Counted from the first letter of the stretch, positions 44,887 to 56,985 are shown. The stretch: 64,000 nt of DNA from Methanobacterium sp. (GCA_015661405.1 JACWMK010000007.1:198-64197); one strand, 5' to 3'. Numbers and translations are program-made. The notes: generated by a model not told the origin, from the sequence alone.

Positions 44887-45084
44887 ATGGTTGTTAAAAA
44901 AAAGGTTACCCCAATAAAACTTACTAGATTTGAAAAAGCACGATTAATTGGTGCCAGAGCTCTTCAACTTTCATTAGGTGCGACTCCATTAGTGGATATT
45001 TCAGCTTCTATTGATCCCGTTGATATTGCTACTTTAGAATTAAAGGAGAATGTAATACCATTAAAAGTAGGTGTATTAGATTAA
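44887..45084 (+). CDS. rpoK: DNA-directed RNA polymerase subunit K (Rpo6).
   Basis: [21 protein letters not shown] is present. Confidence 0.9.
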   Translation: MVVKKKVTPIKLTRFEKARLIGARALQLSLGATPLVDISASIDPVDIATLELKENVIPLKVGVLD

Positions 45085-45190
45085 TAAAAGTAGTTTAAAT
45101 ATAGATTGTAATTAAAATAATTATTAAGTTATTAAAATCCAAATAACCCTAAATCAAACCACTATTTTTTTTCCTAAAAGAGGTGTTTTT

Positions 45191-46447
45191 GTGGATAGTA
45201 TTATTGAAGACGTACGTGTAAGAAAGATATTGGATAGTAGAGGAAACCCCACCGTGGAAGTGGATGTAATCACATGGAATGGTTTTGGAAGGGCTGCAGC
45301 TCCCAGTGGGGCTAGTACTGGAGCTCATGAAGTTGTTGCATTCCCTGCTGGTGGAGTTAACAAAATAATTGGTGAGGTTGAGGATATAATCTCATCAGAA
45401 CTCATTGGAATGGATGCCGAAGATTTAAATGAAATAGACATGGTCTTAAAGGAGATTGATGGAACCGAAAATTTATCGTCTATAGGCGGTAACACTACAG
45501 TAGCAGTTTCTATGGCAACAGCAAAAGCTGCAGCTTCATCTTATAACATGCCGCTCTACCGCTTTTTAGGGGGGAACATGCCAACTGAAATACCATTTCC
45601 CTTAGGTAACATGATTAATGGAGGAGCACATGCTGGGCGTAATGCTCCGGACATTCAAGAATTCTTAGTAATTCCTGTAGGTGCTGAAAATATAACTGAA
45701 GCAGTATTCACTAACGTTAACGTGCATAAAAAAATCAGAGAATTAATCCAGGCCAAAGATCAATCTTTTACTGGTGGTAAAGGTGATGAAGGGGGATGGG
45801 CTCCCAATCTTACCAATGAAGAAGCTTTAGAAATTCAAGTTAAAGCCTGTCAGTTTGTAACTGATGAAACAGGGGTGGAAGTGAAACCATCTATGGATTT
45901 TGCTGCTAGTGAAATGTGGGATCCATCCAAAGAAATGTACGTTTATCAAAGAGAAGGTGTAGAAAGGTCCACGGGCGAACAGGTTGATTTTGTAGAGGAG
46001 ATCATAGATAACTATGGATTTTTTTTTGTAGAGGATCCTATTCGTGAAGATGATTTTAAAGGATTCACGGAACTTACCAGTAAAGTGGGTAAAAAATGTA
46101 TCATCTGTGGAGATGACATTTTTGTAACTAATTCGGAGTTATTACAAGAGGGCATTGATAATCATGCCGCTAACTCAATTATTATAAAACCTAATCAAAT
46201 TGGTACACTAACTGATACTTATAATACCATTGAATTGGCTCGAAATAATAAATACGTGCCTGTTGTTTCGCATCGTTCTGGTGAAACTACTGATGAGACG
46301 ATAGCTCACCTGGCGGTTGCATTTTCCTGTCCGATCATTAAAACAGGTGCCGTGGGCGGTGAACGTATAGCTAAACTCAATGAACTCATTAGAATAGAGA
46401 AAGAAATCAACAATGTTAGTATGTCTAATATTGGTAAATACCGCTAA
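45191..46447 (+). CDS. eno: Enolase (phosphopyruvate hydratase).
   Basis: GTG start with a GAGGTG Shine-Dalgarno sequence. The sequence includes [14 protein letters not shown]...SHRSGETTD. Confidence 0.95.
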   Translation: MDSIIEDVRVRKILDSRGNPTVEVDVITWNGFGRAAAPSGASTGAHEVVAFPAGGVNKIIGEVEDIISSELIGMDAEDLNEIDMVLKEIDGTENLSSIGGNTTVAVSMATAKAAASSYNMPLYRFLGGNMPTEIPFPLGNMINGGAHAGRNAPDIQEFLVIPVGAENITEAVFTNVNVHKKIRELIQAKDQSFTGGKGDEGGWAPNLTNEEALEIQVKACQFVTDETGVEVKPSMDFAASEMWDPSKEMYVYQREGVERSTGEQVDFVEEIIDNYGFFFVEDPIREDDFKGFTELTSKVGKKCIICGDDIFVTNSELLQEGIDNHAANSIIIKPNQIGTLTDTYNTIELARNNKYVPVVSHRSGETTDETIAHLAVAFSCPIIKTGAVGGERIAKLNELIRIEKEINNVSMSNIGKYR

Positions 46448-46536
46448 AACTTTTATTTACTAAATATATCCAAATGAAATGTCTAAAATATTTTTTATAA
46501 TTTCATTTTGGTTGAAAATTAAATTTATAAAGGGAG

Positions 46537-46734
46537 ATGAAAATGGTTAAAATAACTTTAGATTATGAAAAATGTGAAGGTGCAGATTGTGCGGAATGTG
46601 TAGATGTATGTCCTATTGAAGTTCTCATTATTGACGGGGAGAATATTGTTATAAGAGATGTAGATGAATGCATTTTGTGCGAGGTTTGCATGGGCGTATG
46701 TCCTAATGGGGCAGTAAAAGTGGAGGAAGATTAA
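46537..46734 (+). CDS. 2x[4Fe-4S] ferredoxin, 65 aa.
   Basis: Two cluster motifs are present: CEGADCAECVDVCP and CILCEVCMGVCP. Confidence 0.85.
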   Translation: MKMVKITLDYEKCEGADCAECVDVCPIEVLIIDGENIVIRDVDECILCEVCMGVCPNGAVKVEED

Positions 46735-47043
46735 ATAGGTTTAAAATTTTCCTTAAATGTTTCCATTATTTTATCAGAATAATAATATCTAAAATAAAAA
46801 AAAAAATATAATAAAAAATTTTTTTTTAGATAATCATAAATTTCGATTATAAAAATAAAAAAAAATAGATTAAACTAGTGATGCTTACTCTTATAAAAAT
46901 AATTTCAAGTTTTTAGAATGTTTTAATCCCTTTAATAACTTTAATAGAATTAGGGGGAGATAAAATTCTTAGAAATTTAATTAGGAGAAGAATTTTTAAA
47001 GTTTAAATAAAACTAGTTTAAAAATGTTTAAGTTTTAAATGAG

Positions 47044-47649
47044 GTGATAAGTTTGTCAGAACTTTTAATTCCATTAGATAAATATTTAGCAGCTGGTTTA
47101 CACATCGGCACTCAACAGAAAACTAAGGATATGGAGCGATATATATATAGGGTAAGATCAGACGGTCTTTATGTATTAGATGTTAGAAAAACTAATGACA
47201 GAATAACCGCGGCAGCTAAATTCCTGTCTAAATTCGACCCGGATGATATTTTAGTAGTTTCCACTCGACAATATGGTCAAGCACCGGTTAAGAAGTTCGG
47301 TGAGGTTACTGGCGCACGCACCATTCCTGGAAGATTTATCCCCGGTACACTCACTAATCCTTCTTACGCTAAATTCATAGAACCCAAAGTAATACTTGTA
47401 ACCGATCCTCGATCAGACTCTCAGGCTATAATAGAAGCAAGACAGATAGGAGTACCAGTGGTAGCATTATGTGATACAGAAAATCTCCTAGGAAATGTGG
47501 ACATAGTAATACCCGTTAATAACAAAGGTAGAAAAGCCATTGCACTAGTTTACTGGCTCTTGGCACGCCAAATGTTGAGGGCGAAAGGAATATTAAATGA
47601 AGACCAGGATCTAGATATTGAACCTACAGATTTCGAGCTAAAAATATAG
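47044..47649 (+). CDS. rps2: 30S ribosomal protein S2 (uS2).
   Basis: [20 protein letters not shown] is present. The in-frame TTG at 47053, downstream of a GAGGTGA Shine-Dalgarno sequence, may be the true start. Confidence 0.92.
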   Translation: MISLSELLIPLDKYLAAGLHIGTQQKTKDMERYIYRVRSDGLYVLDVRKTNDRITAAAKFLSKFDPDDILVVSTRQYGQAPVKKFGEVTGARTIPGRFIPGTLTNPSYAKFIEPKVILVTDPRSDSQAIIEARQIGVPVVALCDTENLLGNVDIVIPVNNKGRKAIALVYWLLARQMLRAKGILNEDQDLDIEPTDFELKI

Positions 47650-47728
47650 ATTAATAATTTTATAAATAGGATTTTTAAATAGGTTTTAAATGAAAAAAAA
47701 ATTTTTTGAAGAGGACAAGTGATTTTTC

Positions 47729-48583
47729 ATGATAAGAAAACCTACAGTAGCAGGAACTTTTTATGAAGGAGATGCTGATTCTTTAAATAGAAGAATAGAA
47801 TGGTGTTTCCAACATCAATTAGGACCTGGACGAATTCCAGATCATTTAGGAAATAAAAGAGAATTAAAAAGTGTTATAGCACCACATGCGGGATACCTTT
47901 ATTCAGGACCTGTAGCTGCTCATTCTTATGCTAAAATAGCAGAAGATGGTTTGCCTGAAACCTTTATAATACTCTGTCCCAATCACACTGGTATTGGCTC
48001 TAGCGTCTCTACTATGGTGGAAGGCTCATGGCAAACTCCATTAGGTTTAGTGGAAATTGATAATGAATTTGTAGAAGAATTAATTCATCAAGCACCAATT
48101 ATAGATTCAGAACCTTCTGCACATTTACAGGAACATAGTTGTGAAGTCCAATTACCATTCTTACAATACTTAGCTCAAAGATGGAATAAGGATTTTCAAA
48201 TAGTGCCTATATGCATGTGGATGCAGGATCTGGAAACTGCAACGGAAGTAGGTGCATCTATAGCTGAAACTAGCAGGAAACTGGGTAGAGATGTATTGAT
48301 AATTGCAAGTACTGACTTCACACATTACAAACCTCAGGAAATAGCCGTAAATAATGACCGGCAGGTTTTAGACGCTATTAAAAAATTAGATGAAAAATTG
48401 ATGATTAAACGTGTAAATGAATTAAACATTACCATGTGTGGATATGGACCAGTCGCAGCTGCTTTAGTAGCCTCAAAATTATTAGATGCTAAGAAAGTTG
48501 AAATATTAAAGTATGCAACTAGTGGTGATATCACTGGTGATAAAACCGCCGTAGTTGGATATGCTTCAGCTATGATTCTATAA
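47729..48583 (+). CDS. MEMO1-family protein (AmmeMemoRadiSam system protein B, UPF0103).
   Basis: [11 protein letters not shown]...[17 protein letters not shown] is present. Confidence 0.85.
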   Translation: MIRKPTVAGTFYEGDADSLNRRIEWCFQHQLGPGRIPDHLGNKRELKSVIAPHAGYLYSGPVAAHSYAKIAEDGLPETFIILCPNHTGIGSSVSTMVEGSWQTPLGLVEIDNEFVEELIHQAPIIDSEPSAHLQEHSCEVQLPFLQYLAQRWNKDFQIVPICMWMQDLETATEVGASIAETSRKLGRDVLIIASTDFTHYKPQEIAVNNDRQVLDAIKKLDEKLMIKRVNELNITMCGYGPVAAALVASKLLDAKKVEILKYATSGDITGDKTAVVGYASAMIL

Positions 48584-48756
48584 AAAAAAATAAAAATTAA
48601 AGATTTAATTATGGAGTCAATTAATACTTCAAAACATTTTAATATAGGACTTAAATATTAACAATCTTATTTGTTTCAAAAAAATTTCTTATAAATATTA
48701 AAAATTTTTATAATTGAATCCAGATTTCATTTAAAGCATCTGGAGGTAAATTCCAA

Positions 48757-49743
48757 ATGCATGTTATAGCATCTGCACCGGGTAAGGCCATTCTTTTTGG
48801 AGAACATGCTGTAATTTACGGTAAACCTGCTATAGCAGTTGCTATTGATAAAAAAGCTCGAGTGAAAATTCGTCAAAGAATGGATTCAAAGACACATGTC
48901 GAGGTGCATGGGCTGGGTATTTCAGAATACCTAGAACTTGAAAATGATGTAGTACAAGAGAAAGATAACAATAAAGGAATTTTGGATTACATTTCCAAAT
49001 CATTAGAGAAAGTAAATCAACTAAGTGAATTAAAGAAGCAGAATGGACTTGATATAATTGTGGATTTAGAGATACCCATCGGGTCTGGTTTAGGGTCATC
49101 TGCAGCGATTACTGTCGCTACCATCACTGCACTATCATTTTATAATAAATTGGAATTAAAAAAAGATGAAATTGCAAACTATGCTCATCAGGTAGAGTTA
49201 AATGTTCAGGGCGCAGCAAGCCCCATTGACACCACATTAAGTACATATGGCGGTGTTATCTACCTATCCCGGAATTCTGAGGAAATAACTCATCTACCTT
49301 TAAATTGGAATCCCTCTTTGATTATAGGGTATACTGAAAGAGAAAGTAATACTGGTAAATTAGTTGAATCAGTTCGAATTAAAAAAAAGAGTTATCCATC
49401 TATAATTAATCCTATACTCGATTCAATTGAACAAGTAACTGAAACTGCCAGAGAAGCTATTATTTGTGAAAATGCTGAGATTCTAGGTGAACTTATGAAT
49501 ATTAATCATGGTCTTTTAGATGCATTGGGAGTGAACACTCCAGAATTATCTCGTATGGTTTATTTAGCTAGAAAATCAGGAGCAATTGGTTCTAAGATCA
49601 CTGGTGCTGGAGGTGGGGGTAGCATCATAGCTTATTCACCTAATAAAATAAAGGAAGTTCTTAGAGAGCTTCAGCGGGTGGAAAATGCTTTTATCATTAA
49701 ATTATCAAGTTTAGGTGTTCAAATGGAAGTGGGAAGAACTTGA
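48757..49743 (+). CDS. mvk: Mevalonate kinase (GHMP kinase).
   Basis: SAPGKAILFGEHAVIYG and IPIGSGLGSSAA motifs are present. Confidence 0.92.
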   Translation: MHVIASAPGKAILFGEHAVIYGKPAIAVAIDKKARVKIRQRMDSKTHVEVHGLGISEYLELENDVVQEKDNNKGILDYISKSLEKVNQLSELKKQNGLDIIVDLEIPIGSGLGSSAAITVATITALSFYNKLELKKDEIANYAHQVELNVQGAASPIDTTLSTYGGVIYLSRNSEEITHLPLNWNPSLIIGYTERESNTGKLVESVRIKKKSYPSIINPILDSIEQVTETAREAIICENAEILGELMNINHGLLDALGVNTPELSRMVYLARKSGAIGSKITGAGGGGSIIAYSPNKIKEVLRELQRVENAFIIKLSSLGVQMEVGRT

Positions 49744-49761
49744 AAAGGAGGATATAAATTT

Positions 49762-50565
49762 TTGATAATCTTAAAACTTGGCGGTAGTATTATAACTAAA
49801 AAAGATGCTGCAACTCCTACTTTGGATAATAAGAATTTAGCTAGAATCGCTCAGGAAATATCAGAATCCTCCTATGGAAAACTTGTAATAGTGCATGGTG
49901 CTGGATCTTTTGGACATCCTTTCGCTAGAAAGTATGATATTGGTGATGAAATTAGAGATGACCTAGATTTATGGAATAAGATGTTGGGATTTTCTATTAC
50001 TCAGCATGGGGTTAAGGAATTAAATGGTTTGGTTTGTGAATATTTAAGGATACATGGCGTTTTATCAGTATCGTTACAGCCTTCATCGTTCATCTTAACT
50101 AAAAATAAAAGAGTATATTCTGCTAGTTTGGATTTAATTAGTAAATATCTAGAGTTAGGTTTTGTACCTGTGATCTATGGGGATGTAGTACTTGATCTTG
50201 ATGAATCTATTAAAATGGCAGTATTATCTGGAGATCAAATCGTTAAATATTTAGCAGAGAATTTAAGGCCAGAAAGAGTTATAATGGGTTCTGATGTGGA
50301 TGGAATATATAATAAGGATCCGAAAATAAATCCAGATGCAGAGTTATTAGAAGTGGTAACCTCTAGTGAACAGATAGAATTAATAAAAAATACTCAAACA
50401 ATAGACGTGACTGGGGAAATGAGGGGGAAACTCACTGAACTCCTGGAACTTGCAAATATAGGGGTTGAATCTGAGATTATTAATGCGAATAAGTTTAATA
50501 TTATAAAAAACGCCTTAAATGGTGAGAAAGTAATTGGAACTTTGATTAAAAAAAATAATTTTTAG
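49762..50565 (+). CDS. Isopentenyl phosphate kinase (amino acid kinase fold).
   Basis: TTG start with an AGGAGG Shine-Dalgarno sequence. ILKLGGSIITKK...VHGAGSFGH is present, and it sits between mvk and fni. Confidence 0.88.
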   Translation: MIILKLGGSIITKKDAATPTLDNKNLARIAQEISESSYGKLVIVHGAGSFGHPFARKYDIGDEIRDDLDLWNKMLGFSITQHGVKELNGLVCEYLRIHGVLSVSLQPSSFILTKNKRVYSASLDLISKYLELGFVPVIYGDVVLDLDESIKMAVLSGDQIVKYLAENLRPERVIMGSDVDGIYNKDPKINPDAELLEVVTSSEQIELIKNTQTIDVTGEMRGKLTELLELANIGVESEIINANKFNIIKNALNGEKVIGTLIKKNNF

Positions 50566-50578
50566 AAGGTAATAAAAA

Positions 50579-51637
50579 ATGATTTCAGATAGAAAATTAG
50601 AGCACCTGTGGCTATGTAAACACTGTGATGTAGAACATAAGCATAAAAAAACAGGATTTGAAGAAATAGAATTAATTCATAAAGCTCTTCCTCAAATTAA
50701 CAAAGAAGAAATTAATATAACCACTGAGTTTCTCGGTAAAACATTGGAAGCGCCTATAATTATCACGGGGATGACTGGAGGTCATCCGGCCAGCTTGTCT
50801 ATTAACCGTGAGTTAGCTCGGGCTGCGGAACAGCTTAATATAGGATTGGGTATGGGAAGTCAGCGAGCTGCTATTGAAAATCCGAAGTTAAGATCAACTT
50901 ATACTGTGATGAGGGATGAAGCTCCATCTATTTTCTTAATAGGTAATATTGGCGCCCCTCAGATTGAATATGCTGAGGAAGCAGCTGCTATGATGAATTT
51001 AGATGCTTTGGCTGTTCATCTTAATCCTTTACAAGAAGCTATACAACCAGAAGGAGATGTAAATGCTTCAAACTATCTTCAATATGTAGGTGAAGCTTCC
51101 AAAAAACTGGATATACCTATAATAGTTAAAGAAACTGGGGCTGGTATTAAGAGGGAGGATGCTATTGCATTAACAAAAGCTGGTGCAGCTGCTATAGATG
51201 TGGCTGGTGCTGGTGGGACCAGTTGGGCTGCTGTTGAAACATATCGTTCGAAAGACCCTTATATGGGGAATCTATTCCGTGATTGGGGAATACCCACAGC
51301 TGTAAGTACTGTGGAAGTGCTTCAATCAGTAAATGTACCCATCATATCATCTGGTGGAATTAGAAATGGATTGGATGCTGCAAAAGCATTAGCTTTAGGT
51401 GCTGAAGCAGTGGGATTAGCTTTGCCAGTTCTTAAAGAAGCTTATATGGGATATGAAGCAGTTAAAATTAAGATCATGAAATTCATAGAGGAACTTAAAG
51501 TAGCCATGTACTTAGTGGGAGCATCAGATATATCTGAACTCAGAAAATCAGATTTATTAATAATGGGAAAAACTAGGGAATGGCTTAAGTCAAGGGGGAT
51601 TAATACTGAAGAATATTCTAGGAGATCACAGCTATGA
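50579..51637 (+). CDS. fni: Type 2 isopentenyl-diphosphate delta-isomerase (FMN-dependent).
   Basis: RKLEHLWLC..., MTGG and [10 protein letters not shown] motifs are present. Confidence 0.92.
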   Translation: MISDRKLEHLWLCKHCDVEHKHKKTGFEEIELIHKALPQINKEEINITTEFLGKTLEAPIIITGMTGGHPASLSINRELARAAEQLNIGLGMGSQRAAIENPKLRSTYTVMRDEAPSIFLIGNIGAPQIEYAEEAAAMMNLDALAVHLNPLQEAIQPEGDVNASNYLQYVGEASKKLDIPIIVKETGAGIKREDAIALTKAGAAAIDVAGAGGTSWAAVETYRSKDPYMGNLFRDWGIPTAVSTVEVLQSVNVPIISSGGIRNGLDAAKALALGAEAVGLALPVLKEAYMGYEAVKIKIMKFIEELKVAMYLVGASDISELRKSDLLIMGKTREWLKSRGINTEEYSRRSQL

Positions 51638-52983
51638 GTGTTGAAGTAATAGCCGTTGGCGGATATGAAGAAGTAGGTAAAAACATGTCCGCAGTTAAGG
51701 TTGGGGAAGATGTAGTGATATTTGATATGGGAATTCACTTAGATAGGGTTCATATCCATGAAGATACTGATATGGCGCGGATGCATAGTTTAGATTTGAT
51801 TGAGAGGGGTATAATACCTGATGATACCTTGATGAAGGATGTGGATGGTAAAGTTAGAGCCATAGTATTTACACATGGACATCTGGATCATATTGGGGCG
51901 GTTGGTAAATTAGCCCATCGTTATGAGGCACCTATAATTGGGACACCATATACTATGGGTTTAATTGAGCGCACTATAAAGTCAGAGCGGAAGTTTAAAG
52001 TCACTAATCCACTGCAGGTTTTAAATCCCGGGGAAAAAATTCAAATATCTCCAGATATGACCTTAGAATTTGTTAGAACGACTCATAGTATACCTCATAC
52101 TGTGAATGCAGCAATACACACTTCTGAAGGTATTATAGTATACGCGAATGATTTCAAGTTTGATAATCATCAGATGATTTCTGAACCTCCGGATTATCAT
52201 CGTTTAAGGGAACTTGGAAGGAAAGGAGTCTTAGCTCTTATTGTGGAAACCACTAGAATGACTGAGGAGAAGCAAGTTAAAACTTATTCCGAGAAAGTGG
52301 CTCGTATCGCTTTACAGGATGTTATGGAACAAGCTCTGACGGAGAAGGAAGGCATGCTTATCACCACATTTTCATCCCATATAGAACGTATCCAAGCTAT
52401 CTGTAATATAGCCAAGCGTAGTGATAGACAAATATTATTATTAGGAAGATCGATGGAGAGGTTCGGTAGTATAGCTGAATCTATGGGTCTTTTAAATTTA
52501 CCACCTACCGCAAGTCTTTATGGGAGTCCTAAGGCGGTTAATCGTGCATTGGCCAGGGCTGAGGAGAAACGAGAGGATTACTTATTAGTTACAACCGGAC
52601 ATCAGGGTGAACCTGATGCATTGCTTCCACGTATTGCTAATGGAAAAACTAATTTTAAAGTGAGAAGAGGAGATAATGTCGTTATATCAGCACCTATAAT
52701 ACCAGCTCCAATGAATGTTGCGAATCGTAATATTATGGAAAGAAGACTTAAAACAAGTGGCGCCAGAATATTTCCTAATTTGCATGTTTCTGGTCATGCT
52801 GGACGAGAGGATCACAGGGACTATATTAGAATGCTTGATCCCATGCATATTATTCCGTCTCATGGAGATTTGGAAATGTTAGCAGCTTATACTGAAATGG
52901 CTGAGGAGGAAGGATTCAAGATGGGTAATAATATCCATATACTGCGTAATGGACAGGCACAAGTTTTCAATGGAGGGATCTAG
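51634..52983 (+). CDS. Archaeal RNase J (beta-CASP metallo-beta-lactamase ribonuclease).
   Basis: ATGA overlap with fni. It has the [10 protein letters not shown] (HxHxDH) motif, beta-CASP motifs and a late SGHAGREDH. Confidence 0.88.
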   Translation: MSVEVIAVGGYEEVGKNMSAVKVGEDVVIFDMGIHLDRVHIHEDTDMARMHSLDLIERGIIPDDTLMKDVDGKVRAIVFTHGHLDHIGAVGKLAHRYEAPIIGTPYTMGLIERTIKSERKFKVTNPLQVLNPGEKIQISPDMTLEFVRTTHSIPHTVNAAIHTSEGIIVYANDFKFDNHQMISEPPDYHRLRELGRKGVLALIVETTRMTEEKQVKTYSEKVARIALQDVMEQALTEKEGMLITTFSSHIERIQAICNIAKRSDRQILLLGRSMERFGSIAESMGLLNLPPTASLYGSPKAVNRALARAEEKREDYLLVTTGHQGEPDALLPRIANGKTNFKVRRGDNVVISAPIIPAPMNVANRNIMERRLKTSGARIFPNLHVSGHAGREDHRDYIRMLDPMHIIPSHGDLEMLAAYTEMAEEEGFKMGNNIHILRNGQAQVFNGGI

Positions 52984-52987
52984 TAAT

Positions 52988-53974
52988 ATGAACGTTTTAG
53001 AATTACTCAAGAAATATTCAACTGAAGTTGACCTTGAAATAGGGAAGGCTCTTGACACGGTTGATCCAGAAGAACTTCATGATGCGTCAAAACATCTCAT
53101 AAAAGCTGGTGGAAAAAAGATCAGACCATCATTAGTACTTTTAAGTAGTGAAGCAGTGGGTGGTAGTTTAGAAGGAGCTTTAAAAACTGCTGCTGCTGTT
53201 GAATTAATTCATACTTTCTCATTGATTCATGATGATATCATGGATCAAGATGAAATGAGAAGGGGAATGCCATCAGTTCATACCATATGGGGAGAGCCCA
53301 TGGCCATTTTAGCAGGTGATATAATCTTCTCTCTAGCTTTTGAGTTGGTTACGCAAACCCATAATGAAGATATACCATCAAAAAGAGTTGTCGAAGCTTT
53401 GAGAACTGTTGTGGATGCTTGTATAAAAATTTGTGAAGGCCAGGCTTTTGACATGTCATTTGAAGGTAACTTTGATGTTCAGGAAGAAGAATATATGAAT
53501 ATGATCTACAAGAAAACCGCTGCTTTAATAGCTGCCGCTACCAAAGCAGGTGCGATACTGGGTGGAGGTTCAAAGGAACAAGTTAAAGCACTTGCAGAAT
53601 ACGGAAGACTCATAGGGATGGCTTTCCAGATACAAGATGATTATTTAGATGTGGTTAGTGAAGAGACTGACATAGGTAAACCAGTGGGTAGTGATATAGT
53701 GAAGGGTAAAATGACTTTGATGGTAGTTCATGCTTTATCCAAAGCTTCAGTAGAAGATAAAGAAGCTTTAATATCCATACTAAAGGAAAATAATGAAAAA
53801 AATGTGGAGAACGCTATTAAAATCTTCGAAAAATATGGTTCCATTAATTACACTCATAACATCGCTCTGGAAAACGTGCAGAAAGCTAAAGAACTCTTAG
53901 TTATAGTGGAAGATTCGCCTTCCAAGGAAGCTTTGATTTTACTTGCAGATTTCGTACTGCAGCGTAGTCATTAA
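52988..53974 (+). CDS. idsA: Short-chain (E)-prenyl diphosphate synthase (GGPP/FPP synthase type).
   Basis: The ATG at 52988 ([10 protein letters not shown]...). Two Asp-rich motifs are present, [10 protein letters not shown] and IQDDYLD. The longer track ORF from 52949 overlaps RNase J and is unlikely. Confidence 0.9.
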   Translation: MNVLELLKKYSTEVDLEIGKALDTVDPEELHDASKHLIKAGGKKIRPSLVLLSSEAVGGSLEGALKTAAAVELIHTFSLIHDDIMDQDEMRRGMPSVHTIWGEPMAILAGDIIFSLAFELVTQTHNEDIPSKRVVEALRTVVDACIKICEGQAFDMSFEGNFDVQEEEYMNMIYKKTAALIAAATKAGAILGGGSKEQVKALAEYGRLIGMAFQIQDDYLDVVSEETDIGKPVGSDIVKGKMTLMVVHALSKASVEDKEALISILKENNEKNVENAIKIFEKYGSINYTHNIALENVQKAKELLVIVEDSPSKEALILLADFVLQRSH

Positions 53975-54080
53975 ACAAATTTTTTAATAATTTTTACATA
54001 TTTAAAAAAAAAGATGGTAATAAAGCTTTATATTTAGAATTAAAGTTTATTTGAGTAATTTATTTGTTAAGTGATTTATT

Positions 54081-55763
54081 ATGGAAGATCAACTTAAAAA
54101 ACTCATATATAAATATGCACTTTTAAATGCTGTAAAGCATAAGGGACATGCCCAGCGTGGTGCCGTGGTGGGTGTAATTATGGCGTCTCACCCTGAATTT
54201 AGAAGTGAAGCTCAAAAAGTTATTAAACTCACTACGGAAATCATAGAAGAAGTTAATGCACTGACTTTAAAAGATCAAAATATTGAAATGAAAAATAAGG
54301 GGATTCATGAAATAGTTAAAGAAAGAAAAACTGAAGAGAAAGGATTAGTTGATCTTCCACATGTTGAAGGTGAAGTTGTCTTAAGATTTGCACCTAACCC
54401 TAGTGGACCTCTACACATTGGTCATGCACGTGCTGCTTTTTTAAATCATGAGTATTTTAAACGTTACGGTGGAAAATTAATCCTCAGATTAGAGGATACA
54501 GATCCACGTAGAGTAGATCCTAAAGCATATCAAATGATAGAGGAAGATTTAACTTGGCTTGGGGTGAAATGGGATGAGAAGATAATTCAAAGCAACCGCA
54601 TCAATCTTTATCATCAATACGCTGAAAAACTTATTGAACTCGGTCAAGCTTATATGTGTACCTGCCCTGGTGATGAATTCAAAAGATTGAAGGATCAGTC
54701 TCAAGCATGCACTTGCCGAGATTTATCAATTAATGATAACCTAAAACTCTGGAAAGAAATGCCATTTATGAGTGAAGGTGAAGCAGTTCTACGTGTTAAG
54801 ACTGATATAAATCATAAAAATCCTGCTATAAGAGATTGGGTGGCTATGCGAATAGTGGATTTTGAACATCCGCGTATTGGCACTCAATATAATGTTTACC
54901 CTATGATGAATTTCGCAGTTACAGTGGATGATCATTTACAGGGGATCACTCATGTATTACGAGGAAAGGATCATCTTGCAAATAGTGAAAAACAGAAATA
55001 TCTTTACCATCACTTTGGATGGACTGTCCCTGAATTTATTCATTATGGTCGGCTTAAAATGGAGGATGTTGCATTAAGCACATCCCAAGCTCGTAAAGGT
55101 ATAAATGATGGTGTTTACACTGGTTGGGATGACCCACATTTAGGTACATTAAGAGCAGTTTCCAAACGTGGAATAAGAAAGGAAGCCTTAGAGGAGTTAA
55201 TGTTAGAAATAGGAGTTAAAATAGCAGATACAACTATTACTTGGAAGAAGATTTATGGTTTAAATCGTAATGTACTTGAAGAAGAGGCTAACCGTTACTT
55301 TGCAGTGTTCCATCCACGGAAAGTGGTTATAAAATACTTACCTGGATCATTTAAAGGAGTAATTAAAAGACTTAAACATCCTGATTTCCCAGATCGAGGA
55401 TATAGAATGTTACCATTTGACGGAATAGTTTATTTAGATCAAATTGATTTGAATAATAATGAAAACAAAGTTTTAAGACTAATGGATTCTGTTAACATTA
55501 TATTTAAAGATGGAGGAATTACTTTTCACAGTTCCTCATTAGAAGATGCTCGAAAATTTAATGCTCAAATTGTGCAATGGGTGCCAGCCACATCATCAAT
55601 AGATGTGGAATTAGTAATGCCTGATAATTCAATTCTTAAAGGATTAGCTGAATCTTCAATTGAAGAACTTAAACCCAACGATGTGGTGCAACTAGAACGG
55701 GTTGGATTCGCTAGGTTAGATGAAATACAACCTAAAAGAAAATTCTACTTTGCCCATAAATAA
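54081..55763 (+). CDS. gltX: Glutamyl-tRNA synthetase, archaeal type.
   Basis: PNPSGPLHIGHARAA (HIGH motif) and the class I core. Length 560 aa. Confidence 0.93.
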   Translation: MEDQLKKLIYKYALLNAVKHKGHAQRGAVVGVIMASHPEFRSEAQKVIKLTTEIIEEVNALTLKDQNIEMKNKGIHEIVKERKTEEKGLVDLPHVEGEVVLRFAPNPSGPLHIGHARAAFLNHEYFKRYGGKLILRLEDTDPRRVDPKAYQMIEEDLTWLGVKWDEKIIQSNRINLYHQYAEKLIELGQAYMCTCPGDEFKRLKDQSQACTCRDLSINDNLKLWKEMPFMSEGEAVLRVKTDINHKNPAIRDWVAMRIVDFEHPRIGTQYNVYPMMNFAVTVDDHLQGITHVLRGKDHLANSEKQKYLYHHFGWTVPEFIHYGRLKMEDVALSTSQARKGINDGVYTGWDDPHLGTLRAVSKRGIRKEALEELMLEIGVKIADTTITWKKIYGLNRNVLEEEANRYFAVFHPRKVVIKYLPGSFKGVIKRLKHPDFPDRGYRMLPFDGIVYLDQIDLNNNENKVLRLMDSVNIIFKDGGITFHSSSLEDARKFNAQIVQWVPATSSIDVELVMPDNSILKGLAESSIEELKPNDVVQLERVGFARLDEIQPKRKFYFAHK

Positions 55764-55797
55764 AAAAAAATATATAATTCTTTTCATACTTTATATT

Positions 55798-55950
55798 TTA
55801 ATTTTTCTTCTTTTTCTTAGATTTTATTTCAAATTCTCTGATTTCACCCATTTTAGGTTTTAAATCTTTTTCAGCTTCCTTTTTAATCATTTTATTAATT
55901 TTTTTTCTTTTATCTTCATCTATATTTACTTTACCATTATCATAAGTCAT
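55798..55950 (-). CDS. Possible small basic protein, 50 aa.
   Basis: My translation gives MTYDNGKVNIDEDKRKKINKMIKKEAEKDLKPKMGEIREFEIKSKKKKKN. It is Lys-rich, I recognise no homology, and it could be a chance ORF in AT-rich DNA. Confidence 0.25.
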   Translation of the reverse strand: MTYDNGKVNIDEDKRKKINKMIKKEAEKDLKPKMGEIREFEIKSKKKKKN

Positions 55951-56108
55951 ATTATTAACCAACTAGTTTAAGATTTATCATAAAACGATATTCGGATATC
56001 TCTTTTTTATTTTTCTACAATCAACAAATTATTTCCATTTTTTTATTTAAATATAATAGGACATATTGAACTATTACTAATCTATAATTACATATTAATA
56101 AAGAATAG

Positions 56109-56985
56109 TTAAATTAGATTAGGAAAACTAGTCAACGCTGCAAGTATGCTAATAGCCGCCACTGATACAATGGTTAGTCCAGCAATCCAATTGAATAATC
56201 AACTATTCACATATTCGCCCATAATTTTCGGATTATTAGTAATCCTTAACACGTAATAAACGAAAACTGGTAATGTAACTCCAAGTATAACCTGACTATA
56301 AAACAAAATACCTAATAAAAGATTCATTGGAATTAAGATGATGACTAAAGCACCTACAATTAAAATAATCAAAAACAAACTATGGAACATTGGTGCCTCT
56401 TTGAAGTTTGAAGTGAATACCAGCCTCAAATCCTAAACTCTCACAAATGGGGAAAACTGTAGATAAAGGTAGAATACACAATGCGAAGAGACTAGCGTTT
56501 AGGAAGCCGAAAGCAAATAATAAACCTGCATACTTACTGGCTAATGAGATTAAAGCTTTAATTATAGTGGGTACATCAGTGACGGTTATTCTGGCGGTGA
56601 ATATGGTTGCGGCACATGCCACTATAATGAACCATGCTACAAAATTCGTGAGAAAAGCACCGAAAATAGCATCGAATTTACCATAAACCAAGTTCTTAAT
56701 GGATATATGTTTCTCTGCTGATATGCTTTGAATGTAAAAAAGCTGCCAAGGAGCTATAGTTGTACCCACCAACCCTACAATAAAAACTAGATATGTAGAA
56801 TTCCATCTAAAACTTAGAGGTAGAATGAATTACTTAAGGCAGCATTCCAATTGGGATGTGATAATAATGCTGCTAAGATATAACTAATGTTAAGAAAACC
56901 TTTTCAACCCTCCGATAACTACTTTTAATCACGAGTAACCATACCACTAATGCGGCTAGAGGCACCCCCAATTAATGTAACGTGT
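56109..56985 (-). pseudogene. Decayed, 5'-truncated paralogue of the NRAMP-family gene at 59895-61157.
   Basis: The track fragments 56380-56772 and 56199-56429 align with the intact protein (VGTTIAPWQLFYIQ... against IGTTIAPWQMFYIQ...). My translation of 56773-56985 recovers IPLAALVVWLLVIKSSYRRVEKVF... and ILAALLSHPNWNAAL in different frames. An in-frame TGA interrupts GEYVNS*LFNWIAGLT. There is no equivalent of the first roughly 150 aa. Confidence 0.85.

Noticed and set aside
46735-47043. A 309-bp spacer with long A and T homopolymer runs (A11 at 46796-46806, and A6 followed by T9 at 46813-46827) between the ferredoxin gene and rps2.
   Set aside because: The low-complexity AT tracts are consistent with an oligo-T terminator plus a promoter for the rps2 unit. 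No repeat unit, ORF or RNA fold stood out.
56199-56772. Two ORFs (76 and 130 aa) that look like small membrane proteins.
   Set aside because: They are consecutive fragments of one NRAMP paralogue, interrupted by a frameshift and flanked by further out-of-frame homologous sequence. They are annotated as a pseudogene instead.
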